This document shows, one piece after another, positions 19,047 to 28,533 of a stretch of DNA of 64,000 bases (within the stretch, counting starts at the first letter, position 1; each line of letters starts with the position of its first letter). The notes below the pieces were generated by a model. That model was not told the origin of the DNA. It made no database searches and worked only from the letters and a program-made list of their open reading frames with translations. Both the position numbers and the translations under genes were made by a program. The DNA comes from Bacteroidota bacterium (GTDB taxonomy: Bacteria; Bacteroidota; Bacteroidia; M30B66): positions 140,927-204,926 of the forward strand of contig JAIXUS010000005.1 in NCBI GenBank assembly GCA_027483445.1, read 5' to 3'.

Positions 19047-19964
19047 ATGAAGAGAATAGCTACAGTCATTAGTATGCTGATCTTCTCCTTCTTTGCAAAC
19101 GCACAGCAGGAGCTTCAGATTAGTCAGTACATGTTTAACGGACTGTTCCTTAACCCGGCGTATGCAGGCACCCACCCATATTGGAGTGGAACGCTTTTGC
19201 ACCGCAGTCAGTGGGTAGGCTTCTCCGGTAACCCTTGGTCAAATTTGATTGCCATCGATGGTCCAATTAAAAATGAGAAGATGGGTCTGGGGTTTATGAT
19301 TGTTAACGACAACATCGGACTAACTCGCGTAAACGACCTTTCAGCGGCATATTCCTACAAGATTCGTGTCACTGAAAAAAGCCAGCTCTCCTTCGGTTTG
19401 AGGGCCGGAATTAGAAACACTATGTTTAATGTTTCTGATTTGGAGAATATTGTAGATCAAGGAGACCCGCTTTACAATGCCAATGAGAGCTTGTGGATTC
19501 CAAAGTTTGATTTCGGGGCTTACTGGTATTCTGAACGTGGATATTTAGGATTATCAATTCCGAACGTATTGTCTATTGACCCTCGAAAAGCCGATAATTC
19601 AGATGCCGGTATTCGTCGTCACTTCTTCCTCAACGGTGGCTATGTTTGGGACTTAAATGCATCAGGTTCGGTGAAATTCAAGCCATCTTTCCTTGTGAAG
19701 TATGAGCCAACGTCGCCAATTTCGGCCGACATTAACGCGCACTTCCTCTTCAACGACCGCTTCTGGTTAGGAACTTCTTACCGCCACAATGCAGCTGTTG
19801 TATTCATGGCAGAGTACCAGATTACAGAAAAGTTACGTGCTGGTATCGCATATGATGCAACCACTTCAGCAATTCGCCAATATCAAAACGGATCTTTCGA
19901 AGTGATGTTGGGCTACGACTTTACCCAGAAATTGGTAAAAATCAAACACCCTCGTTACTTCTAA
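19047..19964 (+). CDS. T9SS outer-membrane beta-barrel, PorP/SprF family
   Basis: SQYMFNGLFLNPAYAG, RSQWVG, GSFEVMLGY and terminal PRYF; lies directly after a type-B cargo gene. Confidence 0.93.
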   Translation: MKRIATVISMLIFSFFANAQQELQISQYMFNGLFLNPAYAGTHPYWSGTLLHRSQWVGFSGNPWSNLIAIDGPIKNEKMGLGFMIVNDNIGLTRVNDLSAAYSYKIRVTEKSQLSFGLRAGIRNTMFNVSDLENIVDQGDPLYNANESLWIPKFDFGAYWYSERGYLGLSIPNVLSIDPRKADNSDAGIRRHFFLNGGYVWDLNASGSVKFKPSFLVKYEPTSPISADINAHFLFNDRFWLGTSYRHNAAVVFMAEYQITEKLRAGIAYDATTSAIRQYQNGSFEVMLGYDFTQKLVKIKHPRYF

Positions 19965-19987
19965 AAACCTGATCAAGCTAGCAAGTC

Positions 19988-21901
19988 ATGAAAAAGAGAT
20001 ATGTAATTGCCAGTCTAGGTGCAGCACTCATCTTTGCGGGGTGCGGAGCGCCCTACTGGACTAAAAAGGGTAACCGGGATTTTGATGCATTTGCATATGC
20101 CAATGCTGTTCCCTCTTACAAAAAGGCTTTGGATAAAAAAGCCGATTTCTACGAAGCAAAAAAGAAGCTTGCCGATAGTTACCGTTTGATGAACAATCCA
20201 TCGGCCGCTGAAGAACTGTATAAGGATGTGGTAGCAATGCCGGAGAGTGATCCTATGAATCAGTTCTTTTATGGTCAGGTTTTGATGCAAAACAAAAAGT
20301 ACGCTGAGGCAAAGAAGGCATTCGAAGAGTATGCAAAAGCTAAACCTGAAGACACCTTTGTGAAAGCCCTCATTGAGGCCGCTTCAAATCCAGGTAAGTT
20401 TGATGGAAAGCTCGACGATTGTGCGTATACACTTACTCCCATCGAAACAACAGGATTAATGAATGCACTCGGCGGAACTCCATACAATTTTGGATATGTG
20501 TTTGCCGGAGAATCAGCCATTGAAGTCGATGAGAAAGGGAAACAGCGTAACCCATACACCGGAAATTCCTTCATGGATTTGTATTTCATTAAGAAGGATA
20601 AGTCAAGTGCCAAATGGTCTGCTCCTGAAGCACTGAAAGGTGGCGTTAATGGTGAGTTTCATGATGCATTTGCTACATTTAGCGCCGACGGACAAACAGT
20701 GTACTTCACCCGCACTCAAACCGACCAGGGTAAAATGCGGCTGAACAACAGTCAAGTGTCGAACCTCGAAATTATCAAGGCTACTTTCCTTGATGGCGAG
20801 TGGACGAACCTGGAATCTTTCCCGTATAATTCTTTGGAGTTTTCAAACGGTCATCCTGCGCTAAGCGCGGATGGCAAAACGCTCTATTTTAGCTCAGATC
20901 GTCCTGGTGGCTATGGCAGCACCGATTTGTACAGCTGCAAATGGAACGGTACTTCATGGGATGCTCCTGTAAATCTTGGTCCTACAATCAATACACCCGG
21001 ACGTGAAGTGATGCCTCATGTAGGCTTTGATGAGAAATTGTACTTCTCTTCTGACGGACATGCAGGTTTAGGTGGTTTGGATATCTTCAGTGCTACCAAG
21101 AACGGTTCTAGCTGGTCTGTGCCTACGAACCTCAAGTCGCCTGTGAACTCTTCGCGCGATGATTTCTCTTTCGTTCTCGACAACGAAGGGAAAATTGGAA
21201 ACCTCACCTCCTCACGCGGCGGTACCGATAAACTCTATGAGGTAATCTACAAGGATGTTATCGTTCCTGTAGAAGTTTGTTTGGTTGATAAAATCACGCG
21301 CAAGCCAGCCAGTGGTTTGATGGTTTATGCCGAAAACAAAGACACCGGTGAGATTGATAGTACTTCCGCAGGTTCTGATGGCAAAGCTACTTTCAGACTT
21401 AAAGGTGAATATGACTTTGTGATTAAGGCTCGAAGCGCTACCGTTCTTACCAACAGTATCGACATCACCACAAAAGGCAAAAGCTGCGCTACTGTTGTAA
21501 AAACCTGTGATGATGGAAAAATTCTTGAGGTTGAAGCTCCTGATTATGCTAAAGAGTACGACATCAACGACATTTACTACGATTACAACAAGTGGAATAT
21601 TCGCCCAGATGCCGCGAAGCAACTGGATAAGCTTGTAAAATTGTTGCAGGATAACCCAAGCTTCAAAATTGAGTTGGGGTCGCATACCGACTGTCGTGGT
21701 TCTGAAGAGTACAACCAGAAGCTTTCTGAAAACCGCGCCAAGGCCGTAGTGAAGTACTGTACCTTACGCGATATCGACCCAAGCCGCTTGACCTACAAAG
21801 GCTATGGTGAAACTGTTCGCCGTTCTTCCTGTGTTTGTGAATCATGCAGCGAAGCAGAATGGCAACAAGACAGACGCACTGTGTTTAAGCTGATTAAGTA
21901 A
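19988..21901 (+). CDS. PorE-like OmpA-family lipoprotein (TPR - PD40 propeller - carboxypeptidase-regulatory-like - OmpA_C)
   Basis: Lipobox FAGC, TPR helices, PD40 repeats (LYFSSDRPGG, LYFSSDGH), OmpA_C motifs IYYDY..SHTD..LSENRA..RR. Confidence 0.9.
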   Translation: MKKRYVIASLGAALIFAGCGAPYWTKKGNRDFDAFAYANAVPSYKKALDKKADFYEAKKKLADSYRLMNNPSAAEELYKDVVAMPESDPMNQFFYGQVLMQNKKYAEAKKAFEEYAKAKPEDTFVKALIEAASNPGKFDGKLDDCAYTLTPIETTGLMNALGGTPYNFGYVFAGESAIEVDEKGKQRNPYTGNSFMDLYFIKKDKSSAKWSAPEALKGGVNGEFHDAFATFSADGQTVYFTRTQTDQGKMRLNNSQVSNLEIIKATFLDGEWTNLESFPYNSLEFSNGHPALSADGKTLYFSSDRPGGYGSTDLYSCKWNGTSWDAPVNLGPTINTPGREVMPHVGFDEKLYFSSDGHAGLGGLDIFSATKNGSSWSVPTNLKSPVNSSRDDFSFVLDNEGKIGNLTSSRGGTDKLYEVIYKDVIVPVEVCLVDKITRKPASGLMVYAENKDTGEIDSTSAGSDGKATFRLKGEYDFVIKARSATVLTNSIDITTKGKSCATVVKTCDDGKILEVEAPDYAKEYDINDIYYDYNKWNIRPDAAKQLDKLVKLLQDNPSFKIELGSHTDCRGSEEYNQKLSENRAKAVVKYCTLRDIDPSRLTYKGYGETVRRSSCVCESCSEAEWQQDRRTVFKLIK

Positions 21902-21902
21902 T

Positions 21903-21932
21903 TAAACGTTTATAAACGTTTATAAATGTTTA
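21903..21932. repeat. Three tandem 10-bp palindromes (TAAACGTTTA x2, TAAATGTTTA)
   Basis: Read directly; the same doublet recurs at 59392-59411. Confidence 0.9.
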
Positions 21933-21967
21933 AAATGCCCGGCCAACGCCGGGCATTTTCTTTTTTT
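21932..21967 (+). terminator. Intrinsic terminator of the adhesin-PorP-PorE operon
   Basis: AAAATGCCCGGC-CAAC-GCCGGGCATTTT followed by a T tract. Confidence 0.9.
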
Positions 21968-21971
21968 GCCA

Positions 21972-23954
21972 ATGGCAAATCATCAAGTTTTGTTTAAGCG
22001 CCAGCTGGCTGTACAACCATTTATTCGAATTTCGATTTTAGTTTTCACTGGAATCTTAGTTCAGTCGACTTTAAATTTGGATGTATGGTTGCTTTTCTCG
22101 GGTTCATTGGGTTTGTCGCTTGTGCTGATTTACCTGATCTGGCGAAAAAGATCTTCCCGATTTACCGGAATTATTATAGGCTTGTGGTTGTCTACGGCCT
22201 CTTGCGGCGTGGTGAAACAATACATTCCTGTTAAACAGAACCCTGACTTATGGTACGGTCGGCATCCCGTGATTCTATCTGTGGGAAACGACATTCGAAA
22301 GTCAGACACCGGCTCCCGGTTTCAAGGAATTCTAAAAGCAGTTTACGTTAACCGGCAATGGCAATTCATTGAGGCTCCCGTTTGGGTTAGACTCCATAAA
22401 ATGGTACCCTTACCCGGCGATCTAATTCTTAACCGAGGTAGGCTAAAGGACTTACCACAGATAACACTTCCTCTTGAGTTTGACTTGAAAAATTGGTTAA
22501 CCAGCAATCATCTAGAGGGAATTTGGGAAGTCAAGGAAGGTGAAGCAATTAATTTGGGGGTTGAAGAGCAGTGGTCTTTCACCATTTTTGGTCGTTTGCG
22601 GAACCATCTTCTTCAAAACCTCAGAGATAACGGACTTCCTGAGCGAGCATTCGGACTTGTTTCAGCGCTGATTTTGGGAGAGCGCTCTGAAATAGAATCC
22701 GATGTTCAAGAGGCATTTCGCGTATCTGGATTGGTTCATATTCTCGCCGTATCGGGAATGCATGTGGCGCTCATTTTTGGATTGTTCACCCTTCTTGTTA
22801 AATCGTTGGGCAATGTTTGGCTCAAGGCAGTATTGTTGATTTTAGGTGTGTGGTTATACGCCGCACTTTCAGGACTCTCGCCATCTGTTACACGCGCAGC
22901 CACCTTGTATAGTTTAATTGCCATTGGTCAGGGATTAAATCGTAGCAATACCAGCAGTTTGAACAGTCTTCTTGCTGCTGCGGTACTCATGCTGCTTTTT
23001 GATTCGGGGTTTTTGTTTGACATGGGATTTCAATTGTCATTCTTAGCCGTTTTGGGTATAGTTACTTTAGGAAACCGATATGCATTCACTAGCTATAGCC
23101 GTTGGAAACGATATTTTCTTCAGGCAATGTGGATTAGTATTGTAGCCCAGCTAACCACGCTTCCGGTCATTCTTTACCATTTTGGCACTTTCCCGGTTTA
23201 CTTTCTCCCGGCCAACTTACTGGCTGTTCCATTTTCAGCCATTCTAACCTACGCCTCTATTCTGTGTCTCATGCTATCTCCTGTTCCGGTTGTAGCGCCG
23301 TTTGCATGCGATGTGTTATCGGTGTGTATTGATGGCTTTGTCGCACTGGTAAGTTTTTTTTCAAAACTCCCCTATGCCCAAATCTCCAATATAGTCCCCA
23401 CTTTTCCTCAAATGCTGCTCTTGATGGCTTTTGTTCTGATGCTTTCAGTGTTTTCAATAAGCCTCACGCGATTTATGAAATTCTCTGTCATCGCGTTGCT
23501 GTTTATGCCCGTGGCAGGTCATCTTGGAAAAGACAGACGAAGGCCTTCAAACCACTTAATTGCTGTTAAAGGACCAGAGCTGCTTGTTTTAACTACCGGA
23601 GGCCGTGCCGTATATGGTTGTGTTGAACCATCTTTGTCGGATGGCTTTTTGAAACGCAAGAAAGAGCAATTAACACCGCACAGTATAGAGATTCCCGGGC
23701 CCACTAAAGGAGAGCAAATTTTGCGTTTCAACATACAAATCGACGACTCGATTGCGACGATTTTGTGCGTGGATCCACAATCAAAAGCAAATCCGTGGAA
23801 ATTACTTCAAAGTGATAATGTTCATTTGGTTGCTTTGCTCAAGCCATCGCGAAATTTGAGGATTTGGGAGACGGCTTGCAGAAGATTCAGTATACCTGTT
23901 CATAAGGTTTGGAGTAAACAAAATCATATACTAAATTTGTCCAGGAACCACTAA
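21972..23954 (+). CDS. comEC: ComEC/Rec2 family DNA uptake channel
   Basis: GLVHILAVSGMHV, SPSVTRA, GFQLSFLAV and PANLLAVP motifs of the Competence domain; many TM helices. Confidence 0.88.
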   Translation: MANHQVLFKRQLAVQPFIRISILVFTGILVQSTLNLDVWLLFSGSLGLSLVLIYLIWRKRSSRFTGIIIGLWLSTASCGVVKQYIPVKQNPDLWYGRHPVILSVGNDIRKSDTGSRFQGILKAVYVNRQWQFIEAPVWVRLHKMVPLPGDLILNRGRLKDLPQITLPLEFDLKNWLTSNHLEGIWEVKEGEAINLGVEEQWSFTIFGRLRNHLLQNLRDNGLPERAFGLVSALILGERSEIESDVQEAFRVSGLVHILAVSGMHVALIFGLFTLLVKSLGNVWLKAVLLILGVWLYAALSGLSPSVTRAATLYSLIAIGQGLNRSNTSSLNSLLAAAVLMLLFDSGFLFDMGFQLSFLAVLGIVTLGNRYAFTSYSRWKRYFLQAMWISIVAQLTTLPVILYHFGTFPVYFLPANLLAVPFSAILTYASILCLMLSPVPVVAPFACDVLSVCIDGFVALVSFFSKLPYAQISNIVPTFPQMLLLMAFVLMLSVFSISLTRFMKFSVIALLFMPVAGHLGKDRRRPSNHLIAVKGPELLVLTTGGRAVYGCVEPSLSDGFLKRKKEQLTPHSIEIPGPTKGEQILRFNIQIDDSIATILCVDPQSKANPWKLLQSDNVHLVALLKPSRNLRIWETACRRFSIPVHKVWSKQNHILNLSRNH

Positions 23955-24140
23955 ATGAGCATGTGCAGATGGGATTATCGTGCGACAAAACGTTTTTTTT
24001 GTAATTGTACGCCTGAGTATGTCCGGTTAATTTTGAATTAACATTGAGGATAAATACCTTTCGACCATACTCATGGAGGAGAATTATTTCTTATCCTTGT
24101 GCGCTTAAACTGACATTCATATCGAGCAATTTTACAACCA

Positions 24141-26291
24141 ATGAAAAAACTCACCGTATTGCTGATTTCCGGAGCCATCACCTTTGCAGCAGGAACGGCA
24201 TCAGCGCAGAATAACTCTTCTAAAGTCCATCAGTGCGGCACAATGCACTTCATGGAAGAAGAATTCAAGCAGCATCCAGAACTCAGGGAGCAGTTTCTTC
24301 AGCATCAAAAGCAAGTTGAGGATTACAAGCGGATGCAAAGTGCGCCGTTCAGAAGCACTCAAAAGCGTATTGTTCCTGTTGTGTTCCACATTATTCACCA
24401 ATGTGGTCCGGAGAATATTTCCAGAGCTCAGATTGAAGACCAATTGAGAATTCTCAATGAAGACTTCTCGCTCACCAATCCCAACTTTGGGCAAACTCCT
24501 GAATGTCATGCTGCAGTTGCCGCAGATTGTCAGATTGAGTTCCGTTTAGCTACCAAAGATGATTTGGGGAATTGTACAGATGGTATCGTTCGGGTTGAAT
24601 CTGCGAAAACTTTTGAAGCCAATAACCAAAGTGGGGTTAAAGCCATTAGCCGTTGGTCATCTCACAAATACTTAAATGTATGGGTTGTTAATTCAATCGG
24701 TTCTATTCAAAGTGTGGGTGGTGAGGTGCTTGGATACGCGCAGTTTCCTGCTGGCGGTCTGCCATCCACCGACGGTGTTGTAATCCGCCACGACTGCATC
24801 GGATCAATTGGTACTGCTCAAACAGGAACCTTCGCTCCACGCTTTGGCCGTACAATGACTCACGAGGTTGGTCACTGGTTAGGGTTGCGCCATATTTGGG
24901 GTGATGCCGACTGTGGTTCTGACGGAATCGACGATACTCCAATTGCTGCGGCTCCTAACTATGGAATTTGCTTCGAAGATTTCCCTTACAACATTGGAGG
25001 CTGCGAAGGTGGCGACCCTAACGATAACTGCGGGGAGATGTTCATGAACTACATGGACTATTCCGATGATCAGTGCATGTCGATGTTCACCAATGGGCAG
25101 AAAGATGTGATGGATGCCACACTGGCGACTTTCCGTTTCTTCATTTCATCTGATGAAAACCTGGCTGCAACAGGAACCCGTGATGAAGATATCGCCAATG
25201 CGGTAACCTGCGTTCCGCAATCAAGTTTCTGCGACAACAGAATGATGGTTTGCGAGAATGCTACTGTTACATTTACAGATGCAAGCTATAACGCTGTTGG
25301 CTATACCCGCGAATGGAACTTTGAAGGTGGCTCTCCAGCAACAAGCTCTACTGCAAACCCTGTGGTTACTTATTCAGCTTCTGGTGTTTACGATGTATCA
25401 TTAACCACTTCAACAACAGCAGGTGCCAATACCCTCACCAAGTCGAACTACATTATCGTATCTCCAGACGCAGCTCAATTCCCAACAGGGCCTTTTGAAG
25501 AAACTTTCGCAAACTCCGCAAACTACAACAGCTTGTTCACCTCAATTAATCCTGATGGAACTGAAGCCAAATGGGAGTATGTTTCGAATGGAGGTTTTGA
25601 ATTCGGAGGTGGTGTGCGTTTGAGAAACTATTTCAATACAGCAACTGAGAAGGATTTCTTAATCACTCCATCATACAATCTGTCCTCAGTAACAAATCCA
25701 GTTCTAATGTTCCGTCTGGCCGTTGCTGAAAGAGGCGGTGAGCCTAATGATATTTTCCGTGTCTACACTTCCAACAACTGCGGTCAGTCCTGGGGAGTAC
25801 CACGCCGAACCATCAACTTCAATGAAATGAATTCTGCGGGGCAATACACCAACGAATTTGTTCCAACCGTTAAGGAGCACTACAAAACATACTTTGTTTC
25901 CTTAGCCCCAGTAGCTCAGCAAGACAATGTTCGAATTCGTTTTGAGTATGAATCTGGAACCGGCGACAGAGCGAACAATGTTTACTTAGACGACATTAAT
26001 ATTGGTAGTTCATTGGGTGAATTCGATTTAGAAGATCAAATTGGTTTGAATGTGTTCCCTAACCCCACTACCAATCAGTCACAGATAAACTTTTACTCAT
26101 ACAAGTCAGCTCAAATGAGTCTTCGTGTTTACGATGTACTCGGTAAAGAAGTAATTACAGGCTTTAACGGAAAAGTAGGAGCTGGTGATCAGTCATTCAA
26201 TATCGATATGAGTAATTTGTCATCCGGCATTTACACCATTCGTCTTGAACTTGATGGCAAGACAGCTTTCACCAAAGTTGTTCGCAATTAA
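24141..26291 (+). CDS. M43 zinc metalloprotease with PKD domain, jelly-roll-like domain and T9SS type-A CTD
   Basis: HEVGHWLGLRH, NYMDY, PKD motif (WNFEGG..NPVVTY..GVYDVSLT), C-terminal VFPNPT..YDVLGK..GIY. Confidence 0.92.
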   Translation: MKKLTVLLISGAITFAAGTASAQNNSSKVHQCGTMHFMEEEFKQHPELREQFLQHQKQVEDYKRMQSAPFRSTQKRIVPVVFHIIHQCGPENISRAQIEDQLRILNEDFSLTNPNFGQTPECHAAVAADCQIEFRLATKDDLGNCTDGIVRVESAKTFEANNQSGVKAISRWSSHKYLNVWVVNSIGSIQSVGGEVLGYAQFPAGGLPSTDGVVIRHDCIGSIGTAQTGTFAPRFGRTMTHEVGHWLGLRHIWGDADCGSDGIDDTPIAAAPNYGICFEDFPYNIGGCEGGDPNDNCGEMFMNYMDYSDDQCMSMFTNGQKDVMDATLATFRFFISSDENLAATGTRDEDIANAVTCVPQSSFCDNRMMVCENATVTFTDASYNAVGYTREWNFEGGSPATSSTANPVVTYSASGVYDVSLTTSTTAGANTLTKSNYIIVSPDAAQFPTGPFEETFANSANYNSLFTSINPDGTEAKWEYVSNGGFEFGGGVRLRNYFNTATEKDFLITPSYNLSSVTNPVLMFRLAVAERGGEPNDIFRVYTSNNCGQSWGVPRRTINFNEMNSAGQYTNEFVPTVKEHYKTYFVSLAPVAQQDNVRIRFEYESGTGDRANNVYLDDINIGSSLGEFDLEDQIGLNVFPNPTTNQSQINFYSYKSAQMSLRVYDVLGKEVITGFNGKVGAGDQSFNIDMSNLSSGIYTIRLELDGKTAFTKVVRN

Positions 26292-26310
26292 TTTTAACCT
26301 TTTGAATTTC

Positions 26311-26340
26311 AAAAGCCCTGATGAAAGTCGGGGCTTTTTT
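26311..26340 (+). terminator. Intrinsic terminator
   Basis: AAAAGCCCTGA...TCGGGGCTTTT followed by a T tract. Confidence 0.85.
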
Positions 26341-26389
26341 GTTATATTTTGGCAATTTTCTTGATATTCTCCGTTTCAATAAAGCACAT

Positions 26390-27181
26390 ATGAGAAAGTT
26401 GAGTTTTCTAATAGCTATTGCTATTCTTATTCCTGTGTTATCGTTTTCGCAGGACATCATTACGTTGAGAAACGGAAAGAAAATCGAAGCGGTGGTATCT
26501 GAAGTGAATAAAAAGGATGTCACCTATCGAAAGTTCTCTAATCCTAAAGGGCCTTTATACAGGGCAGAACTGAAAGACATTGGCCGGATTAATTATGAAA
26601 GTGGGGCGGTTGATGAGTTTAATCCAATTCAAGGAGAGGCCGCTAGCCCTAAACTAAGTTCGAACACTCAAAATTCTTTTGGTGATTCTTTTGGCCGGAA
26701 CTTGATTAGCATCGATGCTATGTCGTTGTTGTTTCAAAATATCGAGATTTCTTATGAGCGATTCATAGGAACCCGAGGAAAATTAGGAATTCGTGTTCCG
26801 GTTTCGGTGAATATGAACTCCGGCGATTTCAATAATGGCTTCGCCAATGCGAGAAATGTGTTTAATTCGGGCTTTGATGTAAACTATTACCCTTTAGGGC
26901 AAGGAGTTTCGCGGATGTTTATCGGACCTTCGTTGCGGTTAGGTGCAGCCCGAACTACATACTCATACTTTGATAACGTCATTGGCGGCGAAGTTTCCAC
27001 CACAGGAAACTCAAATTACTTCGCGTTTTTACTTCGTTTTGGGTTTTTGTACACTCCGGTTGAGGAACTTAGTATTGGAACTGCCTTTGGAATTGGAACC
27101 CGCCGTTATGTAACCAATATTCCAAATCAAACGGCAGGCTCGGCTGTGAGTTTGCAGTTTAGTTTGGGTTACCGTTTCTAA
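26390..27181 (+). CDS. Hypothetical outer-membrane beta-barrel protein with small N-terminal domain
   Basis: Signal peptide (SFS-Q), N-terminal QDIITLRNG domain, amphipathic strands and terminal LGYRF beta-signal; start moved to ATG 26390. Confidence 0.72.
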   Translation: MRKLSFLIAIAILIPVLSFSQDIITLRNGKKIEAVVSEVNKKDVTYRKFSNPKGPLYRAELKDIGRINYESGAVDEFNPIQGEAASPKLSSNTQNSFGDSFGRNLISIDAMSLLFQNIEISYERFIGTRGKLGIRVPVSVNMNSGDFNNGFANARNVFNSGFDVNYYPLGQGVSRMFIGPSLRLGAARTTYSYFDNVIGGEVSTTGNSNYFAFLLRFGFLYTPVEELSIGTAFGIGTRRYVTNIPNQTAGSAVSLQFSLGYRF

Positions 27182-27203
27182 TTATAAACCTAGCTTCTGG
27201 AGT

Positions 27204-28529
27204 TCAGATTGTTCTTTCTGAAAACCGGATTTGGTACTTTTCCTCAAGTTCAGTAAGGATCTCGGTATACCATTCTTTCGAAATGGGAATGTGTAACCCC
27301 GGTTGCGCCACTTTCTTTTCGAGAATCATACGAACACCAATAGCCAAAGGCAGACCAACTGTTTTGGCCATGGCAGTTCTTCGGTTATCCGTTCCCTCCA
27401 CCTGAAGGTCGCTATAGCAAGTATGTTTCTTGCCGTTCGAGTCAATTGATTCGATGATATGTTGCATTACCACTAAATCCCGATCGTCGGGTTTAAGCTC
27501 CCAGCGTTTCTCCAACAAAGCCTGTAGAATTTCAGCCGGGCTGCCCCCGTGTGAATGAATCGGTTCTTCATTCAAAAGACCTAGCCATTGTAGCTTTTGC
27601 ATATTCAGCTCAGAAAACCCAGAAACCCGTTGAAGTTTAGATTCAGTGCTTTCGTTGGTTGATGGCAGAAAAGCTTCTATATAATCACGATAGGTCATCC
27701 CCGGTTTAACCGGGAATTGAACAGAATCATCTGTTAAGCCAAGCTGCAAAAGGAAGTTCCAGGCCGAACAATACCCCGAATGCCTTAAAGTACCGCGAAC
27801 AAGGGTTTCGACGTTATTGAGCCCGTAGGTTTCCTGGTAACTTAATGAATCGCGGTTCGGGTAGCCATCATAATGGGTATTGTTGATGACATGTTGCGTA
27901 GATTCGGCGAATAACCGATGATAGGGCTTAAGCTTGATTTGGCCGTTTTCAAGGTATCGTGCAGTAGATTGGCCGGCCAATACCACATTTCGAGGATTCC
28001 AGCTGAATTTGTATTTCCAGGGGTTGTCGGCCAGGCAGGCCTCAGCCACAAGTCCTCCGCAATAGGAATGAAAGGCTGTAATCTGCTCTCCATCTGATTG
28101 AAGTGCGTGAATTATCCGCATGGCCGACATGTGATCGAGGCCCGGGTCTAATCCGCACTCATTGAGAAAAATTAACCCATTTTGCTGAACATCAGCGGAT
28201 AAAGTCCGCATTTCAGGGCTCTCATAAGATGCTGTAGCCAGGTGACTTTTGTGTTCAACGCAAATTTTGGCCACCACGGGATGCATAAAGGCCGGGAGCA
28301 TGGAAACCACCAGTTGTTTTCCGGCGATAATCGAGCGGAGTACCTCAGTGTCATCAAGCTTTGCTGTATAAAGCTGTACGAAGCTATATTCCGACTTAAG
28401 TTGACGTAAGTGATCTGTGTTTAAATCGGCAATGTGCAATTCAAATCCAACTTTTCTACACCAGTCTAACAGATAGTCAATAAGGTAACCTGCCGACTTC
28501 CCCGCACCTAAAACCAAAACCGATGACAT
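27204..28529 (-). CDS. Saccharopine dehydrogenase family oxidoreductase
   Basis: VLGAG Rossmann motif, ECGLDPGLDHMSA, SYCGGL, YKFSWNP, YPNRDS and AMAKTVGLP. Confidence 0.92.
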   Translation of the reverse strand: MSSVLVLGAGKSAGYLIDYLLDWCRKVGFELHIADLNTDHLRQLKSEYSFVQLYTAKLDDTEVLRSIIAGKQLVVSMLPAFMHPVVAKICVEHKSHLATASYESPEMRTLSADVQQNGLIFLNECGLDPGLDHMSAMRIIHALQSDGEQITAFHSYCGGLVAEACLADNPWKYKFSWNPRNVVLAGQSTARYLENGQIKLKPYHRLFAESTQHVINNTHYDGYPNRDSLSYQETYGLNNVETLVRGTLRHSGYCSAWNFLLQLGLTDDSVQFPVKPGMTYRDYIEAFLPSTNESTESKLQRVSGFSELNMQKLQWLGLLNEEPIHSHGGSPAEILQALLEKRWELKPDDRDLVVMQHIIESIDSNGKKHTCYSDLQVEGTDNRRTAMAKTVGLPLAIGVRMILEKKVAQPGLHIPISKEWYTEILTELEEKYQIRFSERTI

Positions 28530-28533
28530 GCTA

